Shown here piece by piece: positions 38,399-48,116 of a DNA stretch of 64,000 nt; position 1 is the stretch's first letter, and every line of letters starts with the position of its first letter. The position numbers and the translations under genes were made by a program. Source of the DNA: a virus; IMG/VR virus record IMGVR_UViG_3300042876_000282, positions 1 through 64,000 of that record, one strand, 5' to 3'. The notes beneath the pieces were generated by a model. The model worked only from the letters and a program-made list of their open reading frames with translations. It did not search any database and was not told the DNA's origin.

Positions 38399-38974
38399 AT
38401 GGCGAAGTTCAGGCAAGCACGCTCGACGTTCCTCGCGTACCGCGAAGGGCGAGCGACGTTCGATGATGTCTACCGCGTGGTCGCGGAAGACGTGGCAGCG
38501 ATCGCGGCGTACTTCGGCAAGCGCTGGCGGTGTCGCCTTCACGCTTCCGCCGACATCCGGCAAGAGATCACGATCGCGATCTGGCGCGCGCTCGACGAAT
38601 GGGATCCGACGCGCGGCGTCGAGATCGATGCCTACGTCTACTTCCAGGTCGGGCGCTACGCAGAGAAGCGGCTGGCGAAGGCCGCGGGCTGGCCGCGCAA
38701 GGGACGCCGTCCGCCGGCGCGCGCCGTCACCTACGCGGACACGTACGAGCCCGGCGCGCCGGCTACGCAGGAAGCGACGGTCTCTCTTCGGCTCGCGCTC
38801 GAATCCGATCCGTGGTTCGCGCGTGCCGCGGTGTTCATGGTCGAGACCGACGGGAATCTTCGCGGTGCAGCGCGCAACGCGTCGACGTCGTCGGATGATA
38901 GGTCGTGGGAGTTCGAGCGCGCATACCGCGCGGCGGCTCGCCGGCTCCAAGGTGAAGTGCTCGAAGCGAGGTAA
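38399..38974 (+). CDS. Phage RNA polymerase sigma-factor-like protein
   Basis: DIRQEITIAIWRALDEWDPTRGVEIDAYVY resembles sigma70 region 2. Confidence 0.72.
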   Translation: MAKFRQARSTFLAYREGRATFDDVYRVVAEDVAAIAAYFGKRWRCRLHASADIRQEITIAIWRALDEWDPTRGVEIDAYVYFQVGRYAEKRLAKAAGWPRKGRRPPARAVTYADTYEPGAPATQEATVSLRLALESDPWFARAAVFMVETDGNLRGAARNASTSSDDRSWEFERAYRAAARRLQGEVLEAR

Positions 38975-38977
38975 ATC

Positions 38978-40219
38978 ATGGTCGAGAAGAAGGCAGGGGC
39001 GACGAAGAAGAAGACCGGCAGCGCATCGGCGGACGACGCCGCGATCACGCTCGCCAACGGGCAGCGCGCGAACGAAGCCGCGGTCGATGACGGGCTGGCG
39101 TGCTACGGGCTCGACCCGTCCGGCGATCTCCCCTCGAAGCTCGCGCGGCTCCGCGCGCACCTCGCGGACGAGCTACTCCCGACGATTCCGGTCGACGAGC
39201 ACGTCCGGTGCGAGGTGTGCGGCGAGGTCGGGACCGACGACACGAGCGCGTGTCCGTTCTGCGGCGACGCGGGGGTCGACGAGGATACCCCCGCGGCGGC
39301 TCCCGAAGAGCCCGAGAAGGCGCCCGAGCCGGTTCCCGAGCCCGAGCCCGCGGTGAAGCCCGAGAAGGGCAAGAAGGGCAAGCCCGCGCCGGCGGAGACC
39401 GAGACGAAGACGAAGCCCGAGAAGGGCAAGAAGGGCAAGCCCGCGCCGGTGGACGAGCCCGCGCCGGCGGTGTCTTCGTCGGAGACACCGGGCGAGCCCG
39501 AGGTCTCCGGGGGCGCGATGGTGGCGAGCGCTTCCGAGGTGGCGGAAGGGATGGCGGCGAAGGTCGCGGACCTCGACGCAGCGGTCGCGCGGATCGCCGC
39601 GCTCGCGGCGAACGCGGTCGCGAACTACTACGACCTCGGGATCGAGATCGCGCGGGTGCATCGCGACGAACTCTGGAAGGCGCGCGGGCATGCGTCGTTC
39701 AAGGCGTGGATCGAGACCGAACTCCCGATCGCGCGCTCGACGTGCTACCGGCTGATCGAGGTCGTCGGGCAGTTCGACCGCGACACCTACGCGCGGGTCG
39801 GACTGCACAAGCTCGCGCTGATCGCGGGTGGCGAAGACGACGACGCGCGCGCGACGGCGCTCGAAGCTGCGAAGGCTGGCGCGAGTGCTCGCGACGTTCA
39901 GCGGATCGCGGCGGGTGACGTGGAGCCGGAGACCGAGAAGCCCGCGCGCGCGAAGCCGGAGCGCGAGAAGACCGAGCGTGAGAAGCCGAAGCGCGAGGGC
40001 AAGATCTCGCTGGTGGTGAAGGTCGACGGCGACCCGAAGACGTACGGCTGGAAGAGTGCGAAGAACGGCAAGGCGATCAAGGTGCACGCGCCGGACTCGT
40101 ACGTCGAGATCCCGATCGCCGACGGCGTGGTCCAGCGCATCGGGCTCAAGCTCGACGGCGAGAAGATCATCGGCGCGACGGTGGCGTTCGTGCGCATCGC
40201 GGAGCCCGACGAAGGATGA
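38978..40219 (+). CDS. Zinc-ribbon plus DUF3102-like DNA-binding protein
   Basis: CEVC..CPFC; LG..I......W...G..SFKAWIE..L...RSTCYRLI. Confidence 0.6.
   Translation: MVEKKAGATKKKTGSASADDAAITLANGQRANEAAVDDGLACYGLDPSGDLPSKLARLRAHLADELLPTIPVDEHVRCEVCGEVGTDDTSACPFCGDAGVDEDTPAAAPEEPEKAPEPVPEPEPAVKPEKGKKGKPAPAETETKTKPEKGKKGKPAPVDEPAPAVSSSETPGEPEVSGGAMVASASEVAEGMAAKVADLDAAVARIAALAANAVANYYDLGIEIARVHRDELWKARGHASFKAWIETELPIARSTCYRLIEVVGQFDRDTYARVGLHKLALIAGGEDDDARATALEAAKAGASARDVQRIAAGDVEPETEKPARAKPEREKTEREKPKREGKISLVVKVDGDPKTYGWKSAKNGKAIKVHAPDSYVEIPIADGVVQRIGLKLDGEKIIGATVAFVRIAEPDEG
39470..39488. repeat. 19-bp palindrome, copy 4 (inverted)
   Basis: GTGTCTTCGTCGGAGACAC, in CDS. Confidence 0.9.
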
Positions 40220-40440
40220 TGCGACCCGGTGGGTCGGTCTATCCCCCGGCGGTTCGAGCGGGTCTCGAACGTCGGGGGCTTCCTGTAGACGGCGACGTCG
40301 AGGAAGCGGTCGCGCGCTTGCGTGTGGAGATCGCGAGGTCGCGACGCGGAGAACGCACCGGGCGATTGTGTCTCGTGTGCTTCGAGGTCTCGGACATCGT
40401 CGTCGATAGTTCGTGTCCGTTCTGCGGTGCGGAGTTCTGA
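40216..40440 (+). CDS. Small zinc-ribbon paralogue of the upstream N-terminal domain
   Basis: GL...GL...GD....ARLR...C.VC.EV...CPFCG shared with 38978. Confidence 0.65.
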   Translation: MMRPGGSVYPPAVRAGLERRGLPVDGDVEEAVARLRVEIARSRRGERTGRLCLVCFEVSDIVVDSSCPFCGAEF

Positions 40441-40449
40441 GGGGGTCGC

Positions 40450-42987
40450 ATGGAGATCGTGAGCGGGTGGAGCGACGATCGTTTCGTCTACTTCGTCGAG
40501 CGCATCGGCGAAGACGTGAGGGTTCGTCGCACGCGCGCGAAGTGGTCGGCGTTCTTCGTCGGACTCGACGACGCAGATCGGAAGACGTTGCAGCGCTCGC
40601 GCGAAGTCGAGGGGCTCTCGGTCGAAGGGAAGTACACTCGCGTCGACTTCGCATCGAAGTGGGCACGGCTCGAAGCGGTGCGCCGAATCGGTGAGGTGTT
40701 CCGAGGCGCGAGCATGGCTCGCGATGCCCCCGAACTCGCGATCCTCGAAGCGGACGTCGGCCCGCTGCGACGTGCTCTCACGGACCACGGTACGATCCAG
40801 GTCTCCGCGAACCCGCGCATGGGATGGTTCGATCTCGAAACCGATTCGCGAAAGAGCTTCAACGATGCACGCGACGGCAAGGCGCGGATCTTGTCGTGGG
40901 CGCTCGTCGACGATCGCGGTCGAGAGATCGTCGAGGTGCTCGACGAAGACACCGATGCAGCGGAGCGCGCGCTCGTCGGTCGGTTCTTCGATGCGGTTCG
41001 AGATCTGGACGTGCTTCTCGCGTGGAACGGCGACGGCTTCGACTTCCCGGTGTTGGAGAACCGATCGAACTTCCTCCGCGTGCGTCACGCGAACGGTCGA
41101 CCCCCGATCTGGAATCGGTGGTGTTGGCTCGACGCGATGCAGGTCTTCAAGAAGTACAATCAGGCGCACGACTCCGGCGAAGAGCGCGCATCGTTCAGCT
41201 TGAACGCGATCGCGAACCACGTTCTCGGGGAAGGCAAAGACGCGTTCGATGCGTCGAAGACGTGGGAGGCGTGGGTCGCCGGCGGCGAAGAGCGCGAACG
41301 ACTCGTGCGATACAACCTCCGCGACACGACGCTTCTTCCGCGCATCGAAGCGAAGACCGGATTCGTCGCGCTGCACATGGCGGTCTGCCGTGTCACGCGA
41401 TGCGTTCCGGATTCGGCGTCGCTCGGTGCAGCGCAACAGGGCGACGGGTTCCTGCTACGACTCGGCGCGGAGCGCGGCTACCGCTTCGCGTCGAAGGTGT
41501 TCCGCGATGGTGCGGAGGGCTTCGAGAAGTTCGCGGGCGCGTACGTCATGGAACCGCGCAAGCTCGGCGTGATCGACGGCGTGCATGTCTGCGACTTCGC
41601 GGGGCTGTACCCATCGATCATGCGGTCGTGGAACATGTCACCCGACACGCTCGCGGGTAGGTTCGAGGCGAAGTCGGGCGCGGTGCAGACGTGCAAGCTA
41701 CCGGACCGGGACGTGTACTTCCGGACCGACTTCCGCGGAGTGATCCCGCTCGCGCTCGATCAACTCGTGGCGCAGCGCGCGGAGTACACGAAGCGCGCGG
41801 ATGCAGCGGAGCCGGGTTCGGAAGAATGGGATCGGTTCAAGCGGCTATCGAGCGCGTTCAAGATCGTGGCGAACTCGTTCTACGGGATCGTGGGCTCGCC
41901 GTTCACGCGGTTCTTCGATCGCACGATCGCGGAGGGCGTCACGCAGACCGGCGCGTGGTTGATCAAACACGTTGCTCGCACGAGCGAAGCCGCGGGGCTG
42001 GCGCCGTTCTACGGCGACACGGACTCGGTCTTCGTCGAGGGCGATCGCGAGGTGTTCGCGCGCGTGGTCGCGACGTTGAACGAGGGCTGGCCGGCAACGC
42101 TCGCAGACATGGGGTGCACCGAGTCGCGGATCAAGCTCGAATACGAGAAGTCGTTTCGACGGCTCGTCATGGTGAGCGCGAAGCGCTACGCGGGGAAGTT
42201 CGCGATCTACAAGGGGAAGAACGCGCCCGACGACATGAAGCCCGAGGTCAAGGGCTTGGAGTACAAGCGCGGCGATGCGATCCGACTCGCGCGCGAAATG
42301 CAGGCGGAGGCGATCGCGATGCTCCTACGCCCGGAGATCCCCGACGTCGAAGAGTTTCGAGCGTTCGTCGACGCGTGGCGCTCGCGCGTGCTCGTCGGCG
42401 ATCTCTCGCGTGAAGACCTCGTGCTCTCGCAGTCGGTGAAGGGGCTCGACGAATACGCGGACCGATTCACGACCGCGGAGTGCGGCGCGAAGATCGGGAA
42501 GGGGAAGAGCGCGACGAAGTGCGGGTACGTCTTCCGCGAAGGGACCACGCGCACGAAGCGCGCAGAGACCGAGTGCCCACAATGCGGGACGCCGCGCAAG
42601 GTCTCGACGCTCCCCGCGCACGTTCGGGTCGCGAAGATTCTCGCGGCGCGTGGCGAGGCGATCGTCGAAGGCTCGCGGGTCTCGTACTTCGTCGTGACCC
42701 CCGGTCCCGAGGATGACGCCGGCGGGAACTTGCTCGCGCTCCCCGCGGATGATCCAGGCGCGTTCGAGCGCGTCGACCGCGGCTACTACTGGGATTCTCG
42801 CGTCTACCCCCCGACGCGTCGATTGCTCGACATCGTCTATCCAGGGCGCGATTGGGAAGCGCTGGCGGTGCCGAAGCCGCCGAAGCCGCCGAAGGTCGAA
42901 CCCTCGCCCGATGCACCGAGGAAGGCGACGCGGAAACGGAAGACGACCGCCGATGTTCTTCCGCTCTTCGGTGACGACGTCGGATGA
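40450..42987 (+). CDS. polB: Family B DNA polymerase with proofreading exonuclease
   Basis: FDLET, WNGDGFD, YNLRD; DFAGLYPS, KIVANSFYG, YGDTDS. Confidence 0.97.
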   Translation: MEIVSGWSDDRFVYFVERIGEDVRVRRTRAKWSAFFVGLDDADRKTLQRSREVEGLSVEGKYTRVDFASKWARLEAVRRIGEVFRGASMARDAPELAILEADVGPLRRALTDHGTIQVSANPRMGWFDLETDSRKSFNDARDGKARILSWALVDDRGREIVEVLDEDTDAAERALVGRFFDAVRDLDVLLAWNGDGFDFPVLENRSNFLRVRHANGRPPIWNRWCWLDAMQVFKKYNQAHDSGEERASFSLNAIANHVLGEGKDAFDASKTWEAWVAGGEERERLVRYNLRDTTLLPRIEAKTGFVALHMAVCRVTRCVPDSASLGAAQQGDGFLLRLGAERGYRFASKVFRDGAEGFEKFAGAYVMEPRKLGVIDGVHVCDFAGLYPSIMRSWNMSPDTLAGRFEAKSGAVQTCKLPDRDVYFRTDFRGVIPLALDQLVAQRAEYTKRADAAEPGSEEWDRFKRLSSAFKIVANSFYGIVGSPFTRFFDRTIAEGVTQTGAWLIKHVARTSEAAGLAPFYGDTDSVFVEGDREVFARVVATLNEGWPATLADMGCTESRIKLEYEKSFRRLVMVSAKRYAGKFAIYKGKNAPDDMKPEVKGLEYKRGDAIRLAREMQAEAIAMLLRPEIPDVEEFRAFVDAWRSRVLVGDLSREDLVLSQSVKGLDEYADRFTTAECGAKIGKGKSATKCGYVFREGTTRTKRAETECPQCGTPRKVSTLPAHVRVAKILAARGEAIVEGSRVSYFVVTPGPEDDAGGNLLALPADDPGAFERVDRGYYWDSRVYPPTRRLLDIVYPGRDWEALAVPKPPKPPKVEPSPDAPRKATRKRKTTADVLPLFGDDVG

Positions 42988-43004
42988 TGGGGACGAGGTG
43001 AACG

Positions 43005-43751
43005 ATGGGTAGCGCGCACGATCACGACGAACACGATCCCGACTACGAAGCCGAACGCGGCTACGAAGAGGGGCACGACGCGACTCCGCGCCGGCGACGG
43101 CGGAAGGTCTCGTCGGCGGAAGCCGCGGCAGCGGCGGCGGCGATCATCCCGGATGGTCCGCGACCGCCGGTCGAGACTCGCGCGGCGACGTCCAGCGGGG
43201 CCGAGAAGGGCGGCGACGACGTCGAGACGGGCGAGGGTAGCGGCTCGCCGGTCGCGGGCGCTGGCGAAGCCGTGGGCGGCGCGTGGGGGCGCATCGTCGA
43301 GACCGTCTACGCGCTCAACCCCGAGGACACCTACGCGCGGCTCGTGTCGGACCTCCGACTCGGGACCGACGCGACGAGCTACGGCGCGGTGCTCCCCGCG
43401 CTCGACCGCGCGGAGCGGAACTACTTCGACGCGGTGCGGCTCGCTCGTATGGCGAAGCTCGAAGACGAAGAGGTCACGCGCGCTGCGAACTCCGAACTCG
43501 AAATTCTTCGCACGACCGCGCGCGCAGAACTCGACGCGGAGAAGGCGAGCGGCAAGCGCTCGAAGGCTCCGACGATCCAGGACGTCGAAGACCGGATCCT
43601 CGCCAACTGGCCCGACCGAAGCTCGCGGCTCGCGCGCAAGCGCGCGGCGATGCACGGCGCGCTGCGGTCGGTCGAGGGGCTCGTCGACGCGTGGCGCTCG
43701 CGGTGCTCGACGCTGCGAGTGATCGCGGAGAAAGTTTCGCCGAACCGCTGA
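43005..43751 (+). CDS. Helical protein, UvsY-like recombination mediator candidate
   Basis: Coiled coil with PT..DVE..I and AW.SR..TLR pattern; next to SSB and RecA. Confidence 0.5.
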   Translation: MGSAHDHDEHDPDYEAERGYEEGHDATPRRRRRKVSSAEAAAAAAAIIPDGPRPPVETRAATSSGAEKGGDDVETGEGSGSPVAGAGEAVGGAWGRIVETVYALNPEDTYARLVSDLRLGTDATSYGAVLPALDRAERNYFDAVRLARMAKLEDEEVTRAANSELEILRTTARAELDAEKASGKRSKAPTIQDVEDRILANWPDRSSRLARKRAAMHGALRSVEGLVDAWRSRCSTLRVIAEKVSPNR

Positions 43752-43831
43752 GTTCGGCGGATGATAGAGACGACGACCGGCAAAGCCGAACCGAACGACG
43801 ACACGAAGACGAACACGAACGAGGTAGGTAT

Positions 43832-45205
43832 ATGGGTTTGCTCGATGGGTTCCTGAGTGACACGGGCCGCGGTGGTTCCGCATGGCTCTCGAAGTGGAAG
43901 GACGCGGGGAAGATCGTGGTCTGGCTCCACACGAAGACGAGCCCGGTGAAGGTCTACGCGCATTCATTCATCATCGAAGACGAGATCAAGGACGACGAGA
44001 GCGGGCGGAAGAAGAAGATCCTCCGCTTCCCGAAGTTCGTCGGTCCCGACTCCGCGGAGGTCTACGATAAGCAGTTCTTCCGGAACCGCGACCACGGCGG
44101 ACCGGAGCGCGCGCCGGATCGGGATCCGTTCCTGATCCTCCGCGAGTGGCTCCGCGTGAAGTGCGAAGCCGGCGACCTCGCGCACGACGACGCGGTCTTC
44201 GAGTGGACCGATCACAAGAACTCGGCGATCATCAAGTGGACCGCCGGCGAACTCTCGGGGCTCGTGAAGACGGGGAAGCGCAACTTCAACCACACGCTCG
44301 CGGCGAAGTGCGAGTACATCCTCGCGGTGGTCGACGACGCGCATCCGGACAAGGGCGCGCAGATCGCGCGCGAGTCGAAGCTCCTCGGGGACAAGCTCCG
44401 CGAAGAGATCAAGAATCAGATCGAGAGCGACGGCGACGACGGCAATCCGGAGACGAACCCGTACGCGTTCAAGTGGACGTTCGACGGTGGCGCCGCGGTC
44501 GCGAACATGTATGGGGTGTCGCGCTTCAACCGCGCGAAGCTCACTCCCGAGATCCGCGACGCGCTCGAATCCGATCCGCCGGACATCGCGAAGTACGCGG
44601 AGGTTCACCCCGACGACATGACGAAGATCCGTGCGGCGTTCGAGGCGGCAGCGCAGATCGATCTCCCGCTCGATCAGATCTTCTCGGAGGATCCCGCGGT
44701 GCGTCGCGCGATCATGCGCGGTGACGTCGTGAAGAGCGGCGGGACCGCGGGGCGCCGTGCCCCCGAGCGTGAGCGCGCGAAGTCGCACGACGACGAGCCC
44801 GCACCGGCAGCGCGTACGCGCAAGGTCGAGCGCGCGACCGAGACCGACGACGAGCCCGAGCCCGCGCCGGCGACGCGTACGCGGAAGCGGAAGGAAGAGC
44901 CGAAGCCCGAGCCGAAGCGCATCCCGTGCGACGAGTGCGGGCACATGATGCTCCCGACGGAGTCGAAGTGTCCGAAGTGCGGAGCCGAGTACGAGGTCGA
45001 CGGCGACGCCGCTCCGACTCCCGAGCCGGCGAAGCCCGCGGCGAAGCCGACGACGAAGGCAGCGGCGAAGCCCGCGGACGACGACGACGAGCCCGCGGCG
45101 AAGTCGTGCTGGTCGTGCGGCTCGACGAAGATCAAGAAGAACGCGGACGGTGACGAGGTGTGCGCCAACTGCGGCGTGGACATCGGCGACGATATCCCGT
45201 TCTGA
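43832..45205 (+). CDS. Single-stranded DNA-binding protein (gp32-like) with two zinc ribbons
   Basis: Acidic DDIPF C-terminal tip; position between PolB and RecA; CDEC/CPKC and CWSC/CANC. Confidence 0.7.
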   Translation: MGLLDGFLSDTGRGGSAWLSKWKDAGKIVVWLHTKTSPVKVYAHSFIIEDEIKDDESGRKKKILRFPKFVGPDSAEVYDKQFFRNRDHGGPERAPDRDPFLILREWLRVKCEAGDLAHDDAVFEWTDHKNSAIIKWTAGELSGLVKTGKRNFNHTLAAKCEYILAVVDDAHPDKGAQIARESKLLGDKLREEIKNQIESDGDDGNPETNPYAFKWTFDGGAAVANMYGVSRFNRAKLTPEIRDALESDPPDIAKYAEVHPDDMTKIRAAFEAAAQIDLPLDQIFSEDPAVRRAIMRGDVVKSGGTAGRRAPERERAKSHDDEPAPAARTRKVERATETDDEPEPAPATRTRKRKEEPKPEPKRIPCDECGHMMLPTESKCPKCGAEYEVDGDAAPTPEPAKPAAKPTTKAAAKPADDDDEPAAKSCWSCGSTKIKKNADGDEVCANCGVDIGDDIPF

Positions 45206-45229
45206 ACGCAGCGCGGAAGCGCTCGACCG

Positions 45230-45273
45230 ACCTCGAACGGTTCACGCGGGTTCGATTCCCGCACGAGGTTCCG
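45230..45273 (+). ncRNA. Armless tRNA-like element 1
   Basis: T-arm GCGGG-TTCGATT-CCCGC stacked on ACCTCG/CGAGGT; 9-nt GG linker; ends TCCG. Confidence 0.55.
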
Positions 45274-45297
45274 CACGTCCTAAACACGGAGATCACG

Positions 45298-46431
45298 ATG
45301 GCGAAGACGCGAACGAAGACGACGAAGACGAAGCCCGAGAAGGGCGAGGGGCTCGACCTCGCGAAGCTCCCCGCGCCGGTCGAGAAGCCGCGCGGGATCG
45401 GCGCGTTGCCGAAGGGCTGGCAGACTGCCGACGACGTTCTCGATCGTGTGCGCGCGGTGCCGACTCGGTTCGCCGACTTCAATCGCGGATCGCGAGTCGG
45501 CGGTCTCCCGGTGCGTCGGATTCATACCGTGCACGGGCCGACGCACGGAGGGAAGACGGCGTTCGTCGGTGGGCTCGTCGAGTCGTTCGTGTCGCAGGGG
45601 CATGTCGGCGCGTACGTCGACGCGGAGCACGCGACACCGAACGAGTTCTTCGAGGAACTTTTCCGGAAGCCGCTCCGCGACGTGCCGAACTTCCTCGCGG
45701 ACCGACCGAAGAGCTACGAGGAAACGATCGACAAGGTCGACACGTTCCTGCGATGGGTCGCGGACGAAAAGAAGAGCGCTCCCGACCTCGCGTCGATTCT
45801 CGTCGTCGACTCGATCAACAAGCTCGTGCCGGAGCGCGAACTCGAAAAGCTCCGGAAGGAAGGCGCGGACGCGATCGACAAGGGATGGGGTCGCTATCGC
45901 GCTGCGATGAATCAGGCGTGGCTCGACCACCTCACGCCGATGCTCGCGGCCGCGGATTGCGCGCTCGTCGTGATCGCGCAGGAACGCGACGAGCAAGAGC
46001 AGGGCTTCGGCTATCAGGAAGAGTTCAAGGTCAAGGGCGGCGCGGCGTTGCTCTTCGACGCGTCGATGGTCATGCGCGTGAGCAAGGGCACGGCGATCAA
46101 AGAAGGCGAAGGAAAGGACGCGAAGATCTACGGATTCCGGCATCGGGTTCGGATCTGGAAGTCGAAGGTCGCGCACATGGACGGGCGCTATACCGACATC
46201 GCTTTCCACCTCTCGAACGGCTCGCTCACGCCGGCAGGCTTCGACGTCGCTCGCGACTTGCTCCACGTCGGGCGCGTGGTCGGAGTGATCGAAGCCGCGG
46301 GTTCTTGGCTCTCGTTCGCGAAGCGACGCTGGCAGGGTGAGCAGCGCGCGATCCTCGCGATCGCCGAAGACGAGTCGATCCAGGTCGCGCTCCGTTCCGC
46401 GATCGACAACGTGATCCGGAAGGTGACGTGA
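45298..46431 (+). CDS. recA: RecA/UvsX recombinase
   Basis: GGLP, GPTHGGKT, YVDAEH, VVDSI, KGGAALLFDAS, KSKV. Confidence 0.93.
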   Translation: MAKTRTKTTKTKPEKGEGLDLAKLPAPVEKPRGIGALPKGWQTADDVLDRVRAVPTRFADFNRGSRVGGLPVRRIHTVHGPTHGGKTAFVGGLVESFVSQGHVGAYVDAEHATPNEFFEELFRKPLRDVPNFLADRPKSYEETIDKVDTFLRWVADEKKSAPDLASILVVDSINKLVPERELEKLRKEGADAIDKGWGRYRAAMNQAWLDHLTPMLAAADCALVVIAQERDEQEQGFGYQEEFKVKGGAALLFDASMVMRVSKGTAIKEGEGKDAKIYGFRHRVRIWKSKVAHMDGRYTDIAFHLSNGSLTPAGFDVARDLLHVGRVVGVIEAAGSWLSFAKRRWQGEQRAILAIAEDESIQVALRSAIDNVIRKVT

Positions 46432-46685
46432 TGGCGAAGGGTGCAGGCAAGCGACCGAGTGCACGTCGGCGCGATCGTGCGGACGAGGAACTCGAACGGC
46501 TCCGCGCGATCGACCGCTCGGGGTACGCGGAGATCGTGATCGTCACGGATCTCGACGACGACGAGCCGACGGCGCTGATCGTCAACGGTGTTCCGCACGT
46601 CGAGGTCGAAGGGCGCGACGTGGTCGCGGTGCTCCGCAAGTTCGCCGATCTTCTCGAAGCGTCACGCTCGGAGGTCGTGTCGTGA
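46428..46685 (+). CDS. Hypothetical protein
   Basis: Overlapping start/stop with neighbours. Confidence 0.55.
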   Translation: MMAKGAGKRPSARRRDRADEELERLRAIDRSGYAEIVIVTDLDDDEPTALIVNGVPHVEVEGRDVVAVLRKFADLLEASRSEVVS

Positions 46686-47128
46686 ACGACACCGCTCGAT
46701 TCCACACGAAGACGCGGCTCGTTCAGTCGGGTTGCATCGAATGGACCGGCGCGACGCGCAACGGCTACGGGCATTTCGCGATGCCCGGTGGTCCGGTGTA
46801 CGCGCATCGGTACGCGTTCGAGACCGTGCACGGTCCGATCCCGAAGGGGTTCGATATCTGCCACAAGTGCGACAATCGACGATGCGTCAACGTCGAGCAC
46901 CTCTTCCTCGGTACGCGTGCCGATAACATGGCCGACGCCAAGCGGAAGGGTCGCACGACGGCGGGCGAGAAGCATGGTCGCGCGAAGATCTGCGATGCGG
47001 TGGTTCGGGAGATCCGTTCGCTACGAAAGCAGGGCCAGACGTTTCAAGGCATCGCGGATCGATTCTCGGTTAGCACGGCGACGGTATCGAACATCCTCAC
47101 GGGGAAAAGCTGGGGGCACGTACGATGA
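46682..47128 (+). CDS. HNH homing endonuclease with C-terminal HTH
   Basis: CIEWTG..NGYG..AHR..ICHKCDNRRCVN..HL..GT..DN..D. Confidence 0.92.
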   Translation: MNDTARFHTKTRLVQSGCIEWTGATRNGYGHFAMPGGPVYAHRYAFETVHGPIPKGFDICHKCDNRRCVNVEHLFLGTRADNMADAKRKGRTTAGEKHGRAKICDAVVREIRSLRKQGQTFQGIADRFSVSTATVSNILTGKSWGHVR

Positions 47129-47883
47129 AAGCTCTTTTGTCGAGCGACTGGCACATCGACGCGTCGACTGCCGGCGTCGAACGCTTCGATGAACTCGCGG
47201 CGTACGTCGACACGATCGCGACCGCTGCGACCGCGGAGGGCGTCGACGTCGTGTGCTTCGGTGGCGACGCGTTCGATCCGGGCTCGCTCCACGAATCGAA
47301 GTGGTCGGCATTCATGGTGCGCGCCGCTGCGAAGCTCGCGAGCGCTGCGAAGTACGGCGCGGTCCTGATCCCTGGGAACCATGACGTGCTCGACGTCTCC
47401 GAACCGTGCTCGGTTCTCTCCCCGCTCGCGGCAGCGGTCGAGAGCTTCGACGTCAACGGCGTCGTGCTCGCGGAGCTTCCGCGATGGATCGAGATCCACG
47501 GCAGCGACGGCGGCGTGCTCGCGCTCCCGTACGTGTCGCGCGCGGTCGAGCGGACCGAGGTCTACCGCTCGACGCTGGCGAAGGCGATGGGCGAAGCGCG
47601 CGAAGCGCGCGAGCGTGGCGCGAAGGTGCTCGCGCTCGGGCACTACACGATCCCCGGAATCGATCCCGGTAGCGAGGGCGAGATGGTTCGCGGTCGCGAT
47701 CTTCTCTTCCCGTCGGCGATGCTCCGCGAAGTGCGACCGACGTTGATCACGAACGGGCACTACCACGCGCAGCAGACGCACACCGTCGACGGGCTCCGCG
47801 TCGAGATCATCGGCGCGCCGGTGCGCTTCACGTTCGGCGAACGCGACGACGGTCCGCGCGGCTTCCTACTGGCGGAGGTGTGA
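47125..47883 (+). CDS. sbcD: SbcD/Mre11 phosphoesterase, N-terminal catalytic part
   Basis: SDWH, GGDAFD, PGNHD, GHY, NGHYH motifs. Confidence 0.9.
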   Translation: MKALLSSDWHIDASTAGVERFDELAAYVDTIATAATAEGVDVVCFGGDAFDPGSLHESKWSAFMVRAAAKLASAAKYGAVLIPGNHDVLDVSEPCSVLSPLAAAVESFDVNGVVLAELPRWIEIHGSDGGVLALPYVSRAVERTEVYRSTLAKAMGEAREARERGAKVLALGHYTIPGIDPGSEGEMVRGRDLLFPSAMLREVRPTLITNGHYHAQQTHTVDGLRVEIIGAPVRFTFGERDDGPRGFLLAEV

Positions 47884-48116
47884 TCGTGGGCAAACGACAA
47901 GACATGTTCGAGGTCTTCCGCGCGTTGTGGGAACTCGCGATCGCGGTTCTCAACCTCGGCATCCACGGGTTCGTGATCTGGAATCTCTTCGCGATCGTGA
48001 CGTCGGAGCGTGGAAGCGTGGACGAGCACAACGCGATCCGCGGCGCGGTGTCGTGGATCCTCGTGCTCTCAATCTCGACGTACGCTCGCGTCGCGAAAAT
48101 GGAGAGCAAGCGATGA
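47880..48116 (+). CDS. Small two-TM protein
   Basis: Overlaps both neighbours by 4 nt; two hydrophobic helices. Confidence 0.55.
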   Translation: MIVGKRQDMFEVFRALWELAIAVLNLGIHGFVIWNLFAIVTSERGSVDEHNAIRGAVSWILVLSISTYARVAKMESKR

